DNA of 64,000 nt, taken from Pristiophorus japonicus. Its lineage: Eukaryota. The DNA is taken from positions 41,106,001 through 41,170,000 of the forward strand of contig NC_091998.1 in assembly GCF_044704955.1 (NCBI RefSeq). The letters are read 5' to 3'. A program made the translations under genes and the position numbers. This document shows positions 36,693 through 48,585 of this stretch, in pieces. A model generated the notes under the pieces. That model searched no databases and was not told where the DNA came from. It was given only the letters and a program-made list of their open reading frames with translations. The first letter of the stretch is position 1; each line of letters starts with the position of its first letter.

Positions 36693-37206
36693 CTTCAAAT
36701 AGCCTGTCTACTTGGACAGAATCGAATCCCATCATAATTTTATCGAATCCCCTTGAGGTCTAAGCTTTTGTAAAGTGAAAAGCCCCAGTTCTCTAAGCCT
36801 ATCCTCACAACTAAGGGAGCTTAGAGGAGGTATCTGCTGAGTGGCCCATCTCCGGGCATCTTCCAGCACCTCGTCATCTCCTGCGATGCAACAGGAACCA
36901 CAACGGGGCACAGTATTCTATATATGGGCAAACCAAACCTTGTAAGGTAAAAATTGTACTTCTAGTTTTATATTTCATTGCACTAGCTCCACACCCTGGG
37001 GGTAATTTTGACTTTGGGCGAAGTGTAAAATGGGCGATATCAGAATAGCGCTAATTTTACATCTCTCTCCATTTTCCTTTCCATTGACTTCAACAGGTAA
37101 CAGTTTAACCATTTATATAAATATTGTGCTATCCCAGAACACTGCAAACAGTTTGCTTTATCGGTACTTTGGGTTGAGAGTATATTTCAGACATCTCTCT
37201 AGGTGA

Positions 37207-37697
37207 TAAGAACATAAGAAAAAGGAGCAGGAGTAGGCCATATGGCCCCTCGTGCCTGCTCTGTCATTCAATAAGATCATGGCTGATCTGATCTTGGCAT
37301 CAACTCCACTTTCCTGCCTGTTCCCTATAACTCTTGACTCCCCTATAGTTCAAGAATCTGTCTATCTCAGCCTTGAATATATTCAATGACCCAGCCTCCA
37401 TAGCTCTCTGGGGTAGAGAATTCCAAAGATTCACGACCCTCTGAGAGAAGAAATTCCTCCTCATCTCCGTCTTAAATGGGTCACCCCTTATTCTGAAACT
37501 ATGTCACCTGCTTCTAGATTCCCTCATGAGGGGAAACATCCTCTCTGCATCTATCCCGTCAAGACCCCTCAGAATCTTAAACGTTTCAATAAGATCACCT
37601 CTCATTCTTCTAAACTCCAATGAGTACAAGCCCAACCTGCTCAACCTTTCCTCATAAGACAACCCCTTCATCCCTGGAATCGACCTCGTGAACCTTT
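37207..37697 (-). mobile_element. CR1 3' fragment
   Basis: TAAGAACATAAGAA tail and CR1 3' sequence. Confidence 0.93.
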
Positions 37698-38132
37698 CAG
37701 GTGATGTTTCAAATCAGCAACAGTGCTCCTGAATCAATTGGTCAGTAACACTGGAACAACTTGTATTCAACGGACAAGCTACCAAGTTCCATCCATCACC
37801 AAACTTCCTTACTCAAAACAGTGAGAGAGCCAGAAACAGGTTCGTATTTATATCTATTTTCTAAGTGGCTGCAATTGCATTAAGTGGTCATCAAATGTTA
37901 TTCAAAGTGTCAGTCCCATTTTTTTGCATTTAACATTATATGAGTTGTGCAGAAAATAAAGTGTGTGTGTTTGTGGGTGGTATCTTAACTAAAATGTGAA
38001 ATGTCTTGTTACAAATCAAGTGCATGCTAGTGGCACAGCACGGAGTATCAATCCTTGTGGTGCTTCTTCCTTAAAGACTGTGAAACCTATACTATCAGCA
38101 AGTGCTGAACAAAAGGCGATGTGCAAACTTAC

Positions 38133-38323
38133 CAAAGCGCTCAGCAAAATCTGATCTTTCATAGTGTGCTAATACAAAGAAAGCAACTCCCATCTCATTG
38201 TTAACATTGGTCTGACTACGATAAATAAAGAAGAAATCTGCCATCTGATTCACTGCTCCTGCCTGGCAATTGTAGTCTATGTCCTCTACTTTGGCCTCCG
38301 CATCACCCATTCCCAAACAAATC
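38133..38323 (-). pseudogene. Exon encoding most of a death domain
   Basis: Pyrimidine-rich acceptor TTTTTTCTAAACGCAG, donor G|GTAAGT; 191 bp, open: ICLGMGDAEAKVEDIDYNCQAGAVNQMADFFFIYRSQ...VLAHYERSDFAERF; fits the DD pattern LG..IE.I....Q....L....R.D.AE. Confidence 0.75.
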
Positions 38324-38439
38324 CTGCGTTTAGAAAAAAGAATGCCTGTACTCAAACATAAAAGGAAGTCTTAGCACCGATCAGGTTCAAGAATCAAGAC
38401 TGATACTCATAAGCAGGTTGGTTAGCACTCTCAGCTCAC

Positions 38440-38637
38440 CTCAAAGGCCGCCATCCAGAGATAAACTCCACCAGGTACATCATCCAGAAGTCACACAAGT
38501 AATCTTTTCACGGAGGCTGGTTTCAGAGCTGCTAAGGCTGAAATACCTCCTGTCCAGTGGAAGATACGTAAAATACATTTTTCTCCACGCCTTTCAGCGG
38601 AAGTAATACTCCCTCGCTCTTCCGAAGTAACATACTC
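38440..38637 (-). pseudogene. Disrupted exon: UPA end, linker and first helices of the death domain
   Basis: Donor AG|GTGAGC; the 116-bp intron joins YLCDFWMMYLVEFISGWRPLR to ICLG in frame; upstream GVCYFGRAREYYFR*KAWRKMYFTYLPL needs one stop and a frameshift. Confidence 0.6.
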
Positions 38638-38803
38638 CTGTACCATGTAACAGCTGTGGGATCTGCCTATTTTTACATTTTTCTATACTATACCATCTTT
38701 CTATACTGAGACAAATGGAGATGAATCAACTCCACCTTCAAGCTCATCAACCAGTTCCCCACCCTCAGCCCCACAGTGGTAAGGCAGCATAACACAATGT
38801 CAC

Positions 38804-39248
38804 GTCAGCTGTGGCTCAGTTGGTAGCACCCATGTCTTTGACTCATGAAGGTTGTGGGTTCAAGTCCCACTCCGGGGGACTTGAGCACAAAAATCTACTC
38901 TGACACTCCTGCATAGTAATGAGGGAGTGCTGTACTCTTTCAGAGGTGCCATCTTTTGGATGAGATGTTAAACCGAGGCCCTGTCTGCTTTCTCAGATGG
39001 ATGTAAAAGAGCTTATCTTGGAGAAGAGCAGAGGAGTTATCCCTGATGTCCTAGCCAATATTTATCCCTCAATCAAGATCACTATAACAGATTATTTGGT
39101 CATTATCATTGCTGTTTGTGGGTGCTTGCTGCCACGTTTCCTACATTCCAACAGTGACTACACTTCAAAAAATACTTCATTGACTGTAAAGTGCTTTGGG
39201 ACGTCTGGTGATCATGAAAAGCGCTATACAAATGCCAAGTCTTTCTTT
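38804..39248 (+). mobile_element. Near-full-length SacSINE1-like DeuSINE
   Basis: A box TGGCTCAGTTGG, B box GGTTCAAGTCC, Deu domain and tail. Confidence 0.92.
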
Positions 39249-39710
39249 CACCCATACAATGCAACCTAACGTTAAAGAAGATGTGAATTTGTCAGATGCA
39301 TGTATGGAGAAGTATCCTGCGTGTGAAGCTAGCTATAATGTAACATTGTGGATCATTCTGAATCTGTCCAGACTGTTTGCTGTCCTCTTGGGCTGAGGAG
39401 ATGAGTAGAACCCGTATGCCTGCCCACAGTGAATGCGGCAAAAGCAAAATAATTGGTAATAAAATCACATGGGTCAGCTGAACGTGCTGCTTTGCACGTG
39501 ATGCTGTCCAATTATCGGACAACATAAATCGAGGGTCTTAAAGCAAATTATTTGCCTGAATTCTCTCAGTCAGGTTGCTATACTAAACATTAAAAAGCGG
39601 AAAATAAAAGTGGGACCTTGATGTTGTACAAAGAATTACAAAATATATTCTTTGTTCTATTTTTGTAGAAATGTTATCCATTGCTGTATAGTGTACAGTA
39701 TGTATTCTAC

Positions 39711-40148
39711 CTGTTTAATTGTATTTTTTGCCTTTCAGCTTGAAAAACCAATTGTGAGATTCTTCAAGAACAAAATTGTGATTGAATCCAACCTCTATTT
39801 TCCTTACGAGGCATCCACATAAAATTCAACGCAGAGATGGATATCGTCCACGAAAGGCATTTAACACTTTTAAATAGCGTTTTTTTTTCAAAACAGAAGC
39901 AACTCGCAGAGATGTCGGTCACTCAAATCTGCCTGTCGGAAACGAATCCCACTGGTTACCAGCTAGACACAAGAGTGAGCACCTTGCTATGGTGGCAGGG
40001 GAAACTCGTACCACTTCAAGCACACTTTCTCCAGACTGATCTTAAAGCACAGTTGGGACAGTAGTTATGAGTCTGTAGCACAGGCTATCCCAGGCAGGTG
40101 GATAAAGGAGGCTGTACTCCAGCAAGTTCTTTCTAACTTTTTGAAGAA
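39711..40148 (-). pseudogene. Disrupted exon, UPA-domain-like
   Basis: AG/GT-bounded 438 bp, phase 1-1, four in-frame stops; ARCSLLCLAG...PTSLRVASVLKKKRYLKVLNAFRGRYPS...KIEVGFNHNFV resembles PIDD1/DTHD1/ankyrin UPA by eye. Confidence 0.45.
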
Positions 40149-40154
40149 CTGCAT

Positions 40155-40945
40155 TAAAGAATTTGGATTTATATAGCACCATTTATAATGTCCCAAAGTG
40201 CTGCAATATCAATTAAGTACTTTTGAAGTGCAGTAAACAACCAAGGCACAGCAAGGTCCCACAAACAGCAGAGAGATAAATGTTGGCTAGGAAACCAGGA
40301 GACCAGGAGAATTCCTCTGCCCTTTAAATTTACCATGGGATATTTTATATCCACCTGAGGAGGCCTAGATTTAAAGTTTCATCTAAAAGATGGCACCTCT
40401 GACAATACAGCACTCAGTGCTGCACTTTTTTTATTTGTTCCAGGAATGTGGGTGTCGCTGGCATGGCCAGCATTTATAGCCCATCCCTAATTACCCTTGA
40501 GAAGGTGGTGGTGAGCTGCCTTCTTGAACCACTGCAGTCCTCGTGGTGAAGGTGCTGTTAGGGAGGGAGTTCCAGGATTTTGACCCAGCGATGATGAAGG
40601 AAAGGGGATATATTCACAAGTCAGGATGGTGTGTAACTTGAAGAAACTTGCAGGTTCCCATGCACCTGCTGCCTTGTACTTCTAGATGGTAGAGGTCGTG
40701 GGTTTGGGAGTTGCTGCCAAAGAAGTCTTGGCGAGTTGCTGCAATACATCTTGTAGATGATACACACGTGCGTCGGTGGTGGAGGGAGTGAATGTTTAAG
40801 GTGGTGGATAGGGTGCCAATCAAGTGGGTTGCTTTGTCCTGGATTGTGTCAAGCTTCTTGACTGAAGTGTCAGCCTAAATTAAGTGCTTAAGTCCCTGGA
40901 GTGGGGCTTGAACCCTTGACCTTCTGACTGAGAGTAGAGAGTGCA
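40155..40945 (-). mobile_element. DeuSINE split by a LINE-like 3' fragment (~40426-40860)
   Basis: SINE sequence breaks at CAGTGCTGCAC and resumes as ACTGAAGTGTCAGCCT after the insert. Confidence 0.8.
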
Positions 40946-41486
40946 ACAAAGAAACTGGGTGGTTCAATGGATTGGCATATTGTCTATTCATCTCCGGAGC
41001 GTGGATTGCAATATAACTCAGATAGTGTAAAAGTCTTCTCCTCTCTGACTGCTGTATGGATCATAAGTGAAATTTGCTTGGGCATTCTCAACACAGTTCC
41101 CAGTTTTTACAAGTGCAATAATGAAAAATTCCTAATTGTTTGGTGCTGGTGGTTAAGGTGAGCATCTCAGTGAGGGGATGCCATGCACTTTATGTTCAAA
41201 TACAAAACAGATTGTTACTGTTATAATAATAATATATAACCTGTTCCCTACCTTTTAGGAACAGGAAATTAGGATGAGGAATTGCTAAATTTGTCGCATT
41301 CAAATTATTACATTAAAATGAGTGGTCAGATTTGTGCTTATAGAGGTGAAGAATATTGGTGCTGCGGATTGGAGTGCTTTTTCCAGCTTTGTCGTCCAGT
41401 GACAGCACTGAACAGTTCAGATCAAATTCAGTGTAGCTAGCTGCAGATAAGCCTTGGTCCTAACCTCAGAAGAATACCCTAAATTG

Positions 41487-42122
41487 AAGAACATAAGAAC
41501 ATAAGAAATAGGAGCAAGAGTAGGCCATTCGGCCCTTCGTGCCTCCTCCGCTATTCAATGAGCTCATGGCTGATCTTCTACCTCAACTCCACTTGTCTGC
41601 ACATTCCCCTTATCCCTTGATTCCCTTAATATTCAATAATCTATCGATCTCTGTCTTGAATTTACACAACGACTGAGTTTCCACAGCCCTCTGATCCACC
41701 ACACTGAGTGAAGAAATTTCTCCTCATCTCAGTCCTAAATGGCCGACCCCTTATTCTAAGACTGTGACCCCTGGTTCTAAACTTTCCAGCCAGGGGAAAC
41801 ATCCTCCCTGCATCTACCCTGTCAAGCCCTGTAAGATTTTTGTCTGTTTCAATGAGATCATCTCTCATTCTTCTCAACTCTAGAGAATATAGGCCTAGTC
41901 TACTCAATCTCTCCTGATAGGACAATCCTCCCATGCCAGGAATCAGTCTGGTGAACCTTTGTTGCACTCCCTTTATGGCAAGTATATCCTTCCTTAGGTA
42001 TGAAGACCAAAACTGTACACAATACTCCAGGTGTGATCTCAGCAAGGCCCTATATAATTGCAGGAAGACGTCTTTACTCTTATACTCAAATCCTCTTGTA
42101 ATAAAGGCCAACATACCATTTG
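41487..42122 (-). mobile_element. CR1 3' fragment
   Basis: MLAFITRGFEY...SHLEYCVQFWS; (TTCTTATG)n tail. Confidence 0.95.
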
Positions 42123-42236
42123 CAAGGTAAAGTTTTCTAATTCGCCTCTCTGACCAAAATTACTGCCAAATTATAAATGGTTTTATGCTGAGGCCCGTGT
42201 CCACTGTTAGCTGAGTCGAGGCTGCCCAAGTTCATT

Positions 42237-42644
42237 TCAAGTGGAACCCTTCCAGTCAGTAAACAGATCGAAGTTGTCTCTCACCAGTTTGGCTGTATTC
42301 AAACTGCTTGCCTCACTGCAGTACAATCGAGGTAGGCACTGTGCACCGAGCACGTGCTCACAAATCTGGGTCCAATTTATGCCCTCTACCACGATGATCC
42401 CAAGCCTCAAAGTTTTCATAGCGACTATTTGATGGATAAATGCCTTTTGCGTGGTGGAAGGATCTTCACTGGACAGGTTGCGATTTGCCAGCCGCTTCAA
42501 TATTTGGTGTCCCAACACAGTGGAGCAAGGCTCATCACAATAAACCCCTTCTTTTACAGATAAGTTTAGAAGTGACTTGAAAGAGCAACTCTGTACCAGG
42601 GACTTGACTTTGTCAACTCGGAACATCATTGAGACTACTGAAAC
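42237..42644 (-). pseudogene. Exon-like open frame, ZU5-domain-like (second ZU5)
   Basis: About 135 open codons in non-repeat DNA; VSVVSMMFRV...SF...KTLRLGIIVVEGINWTQICEHV resembles ankyrin SLRLLCSVIGG..WEDI and PIDD1 WDDITAQV (from memory). Confidence 0.55.
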
Positions 42645-43900
42645 CTATTTCAAGTATGCTGTTCAGTTTTTCTATCTAAGCTAGATTCGCATTCACGTTT
42701 CACGAGATAAAAGGCAACACTGTAATAAACTGAAATCACCCAACATCAAGAATGCTCATTTTAATCACAGAATTTTTTTGGATAACTTATAGATGCAAAC
42801 ACCATGAGGAAACCTATTGTTCATCTTGATGCAAAAAAGCACCGTATGAAAAAATATATCCAGATTGTAATTTTCTTTACCAATAAATGTTTCCGTTATC
42901 TAGCCTTACAGTTTGAAGACCCGATTAACTCTTTGACAATTGAGAAGAGTATATAATTCTGAGGAACCGTGTCTACATAAAAGCTCGCAATCAGGTTTCA
43001 GAGAAATTCCATTGTACTTAGCATAAAAAAGCTCTGAAATGACAGACATACTGTTGACAGATTGCCTGTACTGTTAGAACATTATACAAACAATTACAAA
43101 GAGAGTGCATTGTGGGGTAAGGGATCATTAGAGGCCAATCTGTCCTGTCATTCAAAGCTTTGCATTCTGCCAGCTGACTGAGTAGCTGCCACGAGGACTG
43201 CTGAGCAAAGTACCTGGCTCTTCCAAAACGAAGGAAGGTGATTCAATGGAGGAAAAATGTAGAAATAAAGCGGATTTTGCCAGTAAATAAAAACAGAAAA
43301 TGCCAGAAATACACAAAGATCGGGGACTGCCCACAGAGACCCTGCAAAGAAGATAAAAGGGTCACTGCATCTTACCCAGGGCCAGCAGATCAAGTAATCC
43401 AATCAAAAGTCTCAAAAATTGGAACATCTTCAAAACTGTAACATTCGAAACTGGAGAAAGTTTTCCAGAATGAATGATGTATTTAGTTATTTTGAAGTGA
43501 TGCTCATCCAGCTCTGAATTACTTTAGTGAATGTTTTTAAACTTTCGGCCAGTAACTCACAATGGGAGGTCTGCTGGGCTGTGTTAAGGTGGCGATGACA
43601 TGAAGTCAGAAGTCATCACCAGTGAGCTAGAGCAGCATGATTCTGCCCTCTATGGTGTAAACATCTCTATGTAAAACTGTTAGTTTTTTTACACATAGAT
43701 TAGTTCCTTGTGCTCTGAAAGGGAGAAACTGGTATCTTTCTACCCCTTGTATTTGTAATTAAAGTCTACAAAATACTGTAAATACTGTATTCAGTTTCCT
43801 TAACAATCTCTGCAATTCCTGTGTGCAATAAAACAAAATATTGACCAAGTAAGTTATGTGGATCTTTATTGTGTTAAAAGAAAGTACAGCAAGCTGCAAA

Positions 43901-44476
43901 AGGCTGGATTTTTGGTTCTGCTCTTTTCAGGGCGGTAATGGTGGCGGGGCGGTAAAGTTTGTGCCCGGGAACAGTTTGCGCTTCAGTCAGCAAAATTAAT
44001 CAACTGGGCCCTGCGTGTGGGCGGAGCACTAAAGGAGGCCTTGCACACCTCTATTAGCGCACTTGGCTGGCTAAGCAAACGAAAATCCCGAGCTAAACAG
44101 CCGGTCTCGGAGCGCCCTAAGAGAGGCCTGGGAGGAAAAAAAACCCTGCAAAAACATTCCCAATAAATAACTTACGCCACCACAACATAAATCACAAAAA
44201 AAATAAAAAACAATCACACTTACCTGAGGTCGACATTACTTACCTCACTGCAGCCGCTACAGTCCAGACCGCCCGCTTTGACAGGCGGTCCCAGCAGGGC
44301 ACTGAACGGAGTTCTATGGATTGGGCGGCAGCCGAAAATTGTGGTAATGCTCCGCACCCCGTCGAAACCGGCACCGAAGGTCCCGGCGGGGCCCTGGAAG
44401 CTGACTGCTCACCCAGAAGTGCTTACCACCGGCATTGCCGCCCCTCCGGGGTAGCAGAAGACCGAAAATTCAGCCC
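43901..44476. mobile_element. Harbinger-type MITE
   Basis: TIRs AGGCTGGATTTTTGGT / ACCGAAAATTCAGCCC. Confidence 0.75.
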
Positions 44477-44849
44477 AAGGTATTGGAATTTGCATTTTAT
44501 TTCACATGAGAGAAAAGATGAATGAGATACGTACACTGAGGGCATGAATACATCCTATCCAGTATATAAGCTGAACATGCATGGAAGTTTTGTTTGCTCC
44601 TGAGAAACCAAGGTAAAGGTCACATCCCATCATGCAGGAAACCACTAGAGCTGAAAAAAGTAAAAGAGAAGACAAGTAGTAAGTTCGGCGAATTTTAAAA
44701 TCCTGGAAATTGCAGGAGTTAGGTAAGACAGAGGGGCATAAACGGGTTCCCTAGTTTTGAGTAAAGCGGCAGGCCATGTGATCAGTCTTGAATTGAATGC
44801 ACTGGGATGCAAGGGCGATGCAAAGGAATTTAGGATGGTATACTTGGGA

Positions 44850-45222
44850 GAAAGAAAGAAAGCCTTGCATTTATATAGCGCCTTTCACAACCACCAAACA
44901 TCTGAAGGCACTTTATAGCCAATTAAGTACTTTTTGAAATGTAGTCACTGTGGGAAATGCGGCAGCGAATTTATGCACAGCAAGCTCCCACAGACAGCAA
45001 CGTCATAATGACCAGATAATCTGTTTTTGTTATGTTGATTAAGAGATAAATATTGGCCCGAGGACACCGGGGATACCTCGCCTGCTCTTCTTCGAAATAG
45101 TGCCTGCTCTGAAAGAGCAGACGGGGCCTCGGCTTAACGTCTCATCCGAAAGACGGCACCTCCGCCAGTACAGCACTGCCTCAGTACTGCATCAGAGTGC
45201 CAGCCTGGATTTATGTGCTCAG
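44850..45222 (-). mobile_element. DeuSINE, 5'-truncated
   Basis: Tail and Deu domain on the minus strand. Confidence 0.88.
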
Positions 45223-45664
45223 GAGGAAGAAGATAGCTAAATTCAGAGTAACAATAATAGTTCAGTTGAAACAATAATATTGATAAAATAGAGTAAGCTA
45301 AGAAAGGTAGTGATGCTTGAGATGAACTAGCAGTAACCTTACAGACAGCAAGCTTTATCTTGTGTCCTGTCCAGGAATGTTAGTGGTAATAGTATAACCT
45401 CCTTGGAATTGGGGCAGTACTCAATTATTTGGCAGTTTGTGGTTTTATACATAACTAAGAGCTGTTGAGGATAATAGAAGTGCTTGCATGAAAGAGGGAA
45501 CAGCTTGCTGGAGACAGCTTAAGCAATGGAGGAGTTGGTCCATGCAATTCAGAACCTATCTTTTGTTTTATATTTGTTCTCGGGATGTTGGTGTCGTTGG
45601 ATGGCTACATTTATTAGTGCTTCTGTTGCCGTTGTCGCTTTTGGGCTATATTGATGTTGATGAT

Positions 45665-46968
45665 GGAATGGATTAGGCGGTGGTCCATCTAGTAGTCTTT
45701 GGCTCCTGTCATGGCACGGGTGATGCGCACGTCCTTGTGAATCCTTGCTCGAACGATGACATAGTCGAGCAGGTGTCAGTGTTTGGATCGAGGGTGTTGT
45801 CACGATGCCTTGTACTTGTCCCTCTGGCGGAACAAGGTGTTGGTGATGACATTTTGTCAGGAGCAGGGTACCACTAGAGTTGTTTGTCCCTATCCCCCTC
45901 TCTGCCAATCACGCCTCCCCAGAGGTATGTGTCCTAACCAACTCTGGCATTGAAGTCGCCGAGGAGGATCAGTTTGTTATCTGTAGGGGCGCGGGACGGG
46001 GATTGTTCGAGGCTGGAGTAAAATCCCTCTTTGGCCTCATCTGTTGCGTTGAGTGTTGGGGCGTACGCACAGATAACTGGCGCACTGGTTCCAGGATAGG
46101 GTGAGCTGGAGAGTCATGAGACATTCGCTAATCCCGCAGGGGGAGTCTCTGAGGCGGTCGACCAGCTCATTCTTGATGGCGAATCCGACTCCATGGAGGC
46201 GGCGTTCTTCCTCTGGTTTGCCTTTCCAGAAGGTGGTGTAACCTCCACCTTGTTCTTTGAGCTGGTCTTTCCCTGTCCACCGAGTCTCGCTTAGGGCGGC
46301 GATGTCTCCGCAAGATCCTGCAAATCCCCTGGTAAGATATCATCATCATCATCATCATAGGCAGTCCCTTGGAGTTGAGGAAGACTTGCTTCCACTCCCA
46401 AAGTGAGTTCTTTGGTAGTTGAACAGTCCAATACGAGAGCCACAGACCCTGTTACAGGTGGGACAGACATTCGTCGAGGAAAGGGATGAGTGGGGCTGGT
46501 TTGCCGCGCGCTCCTTCCGCTGCCTGCGCTTGATCTCTTTGCGTTGTACCAACGTCAATGTTCTCCACCAGGCCAACATCCCCAGCATCGAAGCACTGAC
46601 CACACTCGACCACCTCCGTTAGGCGGGCCACATTGTTTGCATGCCCAACACAAGACTCCCAAAGCAAGCGCTCTACTCGGAACTTCTGCAAGCGAGCCCC
46701 AGGTGGGCAGAGGAAATGTTTCAAGGACACTCAAAGCCTCCTTGATAAAGTCCAACATCCCCACTGACACCTGGGAGTCCCTGGCCAAAGACCACCTGAA
46801 GTGGAGGAAGAGCGTCCGGGAGGGCGCTGAACACCTCGAATCTCGTCGCCGGGAGCATGCAGAAAACGACGACTGTCTGTCCCACCTGTGATAGAGACTG
46901 TAATTCCCACATTGGACTGTACAGTCACACTTTTAGTCCTACTCGATATCGAGGGGCTGCCTCTGATG
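45665..46968. mobile_element. Composite RTE: endonuclease segment (-, ~45665-46305), 3' segment (+, ~46306-46968) and a nested RTE 3' end (-, ~46338-46545)
   Basis: DIAALSETRW...GYTFFWKGKP...HGVGFAIK on minus; LAKDHLKWRKSV...CPTCDRDC on plus; (GAT)n tails. Confidence 0.88.
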
Positions 46969-47403
46969 ATTTATTGTCCATCCCTATTTGCCCTGAGAAG
47001 ATGGTGGTGGGCCTGTCAGGATGGCATGTGATACAGAGGGGTATTTGGAGATGACTGTGTTCCCACAACATTGCTGCTCTTGCCCTTCCATCTAAACATA
47101 TAGAAACAAAGATTATGAAAGACTATCAAGCCCATCCTGTCCATGAAATGGTATAGCCTTGAGCATGTCTCTCCCCAGACAACATTTGTCTCTCTACTTA
47201 TCCCCATAACTCAATCTCATTGCTAACAAAATAACGATTAAGATCTTTTTAGTAGGCATTACTCAATGTGGCATTAAATGCTGTAGTTGGGAGTTTATTC
47301 CCCAAGACTACTCATCTGTTGGAAAAGATCCTACTAAAATCGAACATAATATACATTACATTTAGATATAGAAATCTTTAGTTCTATATATATGTTTATA
47401 TAC

Positions 47404-48090
47404 TGTAGCAAGCTGAAGCAAGCACAGAAGCCAGTGTTCAATTAGACAAGCAGACTCAAGCTTACTGTTTAAAACAAGTGAGTTTTATTCAACCACAGAT
47501 GTAATGTATCCACCTGTGAGCATGCTCACAGGCTTATGGAGCTATTGCACTGTGAGTGGCTTAGCCAGTCACGTGATGTTCACAAGACTCAATAAAACCC
47601 CAGTTAATTGAGTTCATGTTCCCCACGATGAGGTGTGCAGTTGTGAGTCCAGTGGATGAACTGGTACTGTTCACTTTGATTGTTAAAACTTTGCTAATAA
47701 ACCAGCTGGTTCTTTACAGCAAACGTGTAACTGAGAATTCTGAAGCAAAGAACCCATGAGGCAAATACACTACAACAGCAGTTGCGTCTTTCAGTGTGGT
47801 GATGAACAAAACAGTAGCAGGGTTACTTTCCAGCATACACCTTCTCACTCTCAGCTCCTTCCTCTCCAACCTCTTCTCCCAATTGAACTATTTCCCTGCC
47901 TATTATCCTTCCAGGCTGGGGGTCATTCCTGATTGACTTTAATTGCCTTTAAAGATTTCTTAACACTATACTACCTTGCCTTGGTCATTCTGACATTTTA
48001 TACAATTTGTTAAAACTGTACTCCTATCATGGATACAGAGCTCTCAAAAGTCTATGGCTGCAAATGTCATCCCTCTCTCACTCCATTACA
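47404..48090 (-). mobile_element. Possible older solo LTR hosting the 47500 LTR
   Basis: TGTA...TACA ends and AATAAA on the minus strand; TSD unclear. Confidence 0.3.
47500..47774 (+). mobile_element. Solo LTR (275 bp)
   Basis: TG...CA with 10-bp terminal inverted repeat TGTAATGTAT/ATACACTACA; two AATAAA; flanks ACAGA/ACAGC. Confidence 0.8.
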
Positions 48091-48189
48091 ACATATCTAT
48101 ATTTATCTATATATTCATATATATATATTCATAGTAAAAAATTACTGTTGAAGAACATTACCCCACGAATGGGCAGGTGTGTTACAGTC

Positions 48190-48585
48190 ATCACTTTTTC
48201 CCTATCTGCCATTTGTGAAGGCTGTACCAATGGGATGGATAACTGGCATTAAAATATTTAACAGATTTAGATAAATGCTCTCCTATATATGACATAGGCG
48301 TGTATGATAAGGGCATAAGTAACAAAACTGGCAAAAAAATGTTCCATCTCCAATACTGACATCTTAACTTGATGAGTTACGAATTCTCCAGCAAAGACAA
48401 TCTCGCCCTGAAAGTTATCCCTGTTTCACTGTGTGTATATTCTCTGTTAGGAACAGTAAGATGCAAGATCTGTTGGTGAGAGATCTGTCAACAGTCAATA
48501 TTGACTGCGGTATCATGAATCATTTCAAGTGTCTCACTGCATCATGTGAGGCAGGGTTTTGTCCAGTGTAATGAGCTTGCTTAAT
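48190..48585 (-). pseudogene. Frameshifted segment, ZU5-domain-like (first ZU5)
   Basis: ILHLTVPNREYTHSETGITFRARL / QVKMSVLEMEHFFASF / SHWYSL, in order but needing frameshifts, resemble PIDD1 VRLQFPAGATATPITIRYRL / LLSHVLELQPHGVAF / SWGDL (from memory). Confidence 0.45.

Noticed and set aside
38804-38875. tRNA-like sequences with A and B boxes
   Set aside because: Heads of DeuSINEs that run straight into the SINE body; not tRNA genes
39711-40148. Stop-codon recoding (selenocysteine or readthrough) to explain the in-frame stops
   Set aside because: Stops include TAA and neighbouring exons have frameshifts; decay is the simpler explanation
42560-42653. Plus-strand exon-like segment (KFRSDLKEQLCTRDLTLSTRNIIETTETYFK) with good splice sites
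   Set aside because: Antisense to the longer ZU5-like frame, with no recognisable motif or partner exon; not excluded but unsupported
43174-43440. Purine-rich, coding-looking plus-strand stretch (similar ones at ~17110 and ~54795)
   Set aside because: Stops or no recognisable homology; cannot be assembled into a gene
48492-48507. 16-bp palindrome CAGTCAATATTGACTG
   Set aside because: One palindrome of this length in 64 kb is expected by chance
48190-48585. NLRP1/CARD8 FIIND assignment or PIDD1 orthology
   Set aside because: Two ZU5-like units plus a DD fit the PIDD/ankyrin class better than FIIND; no HFS/SFS autoproteolysis motif or clear LRR exons were seen, so no gene symbol is given
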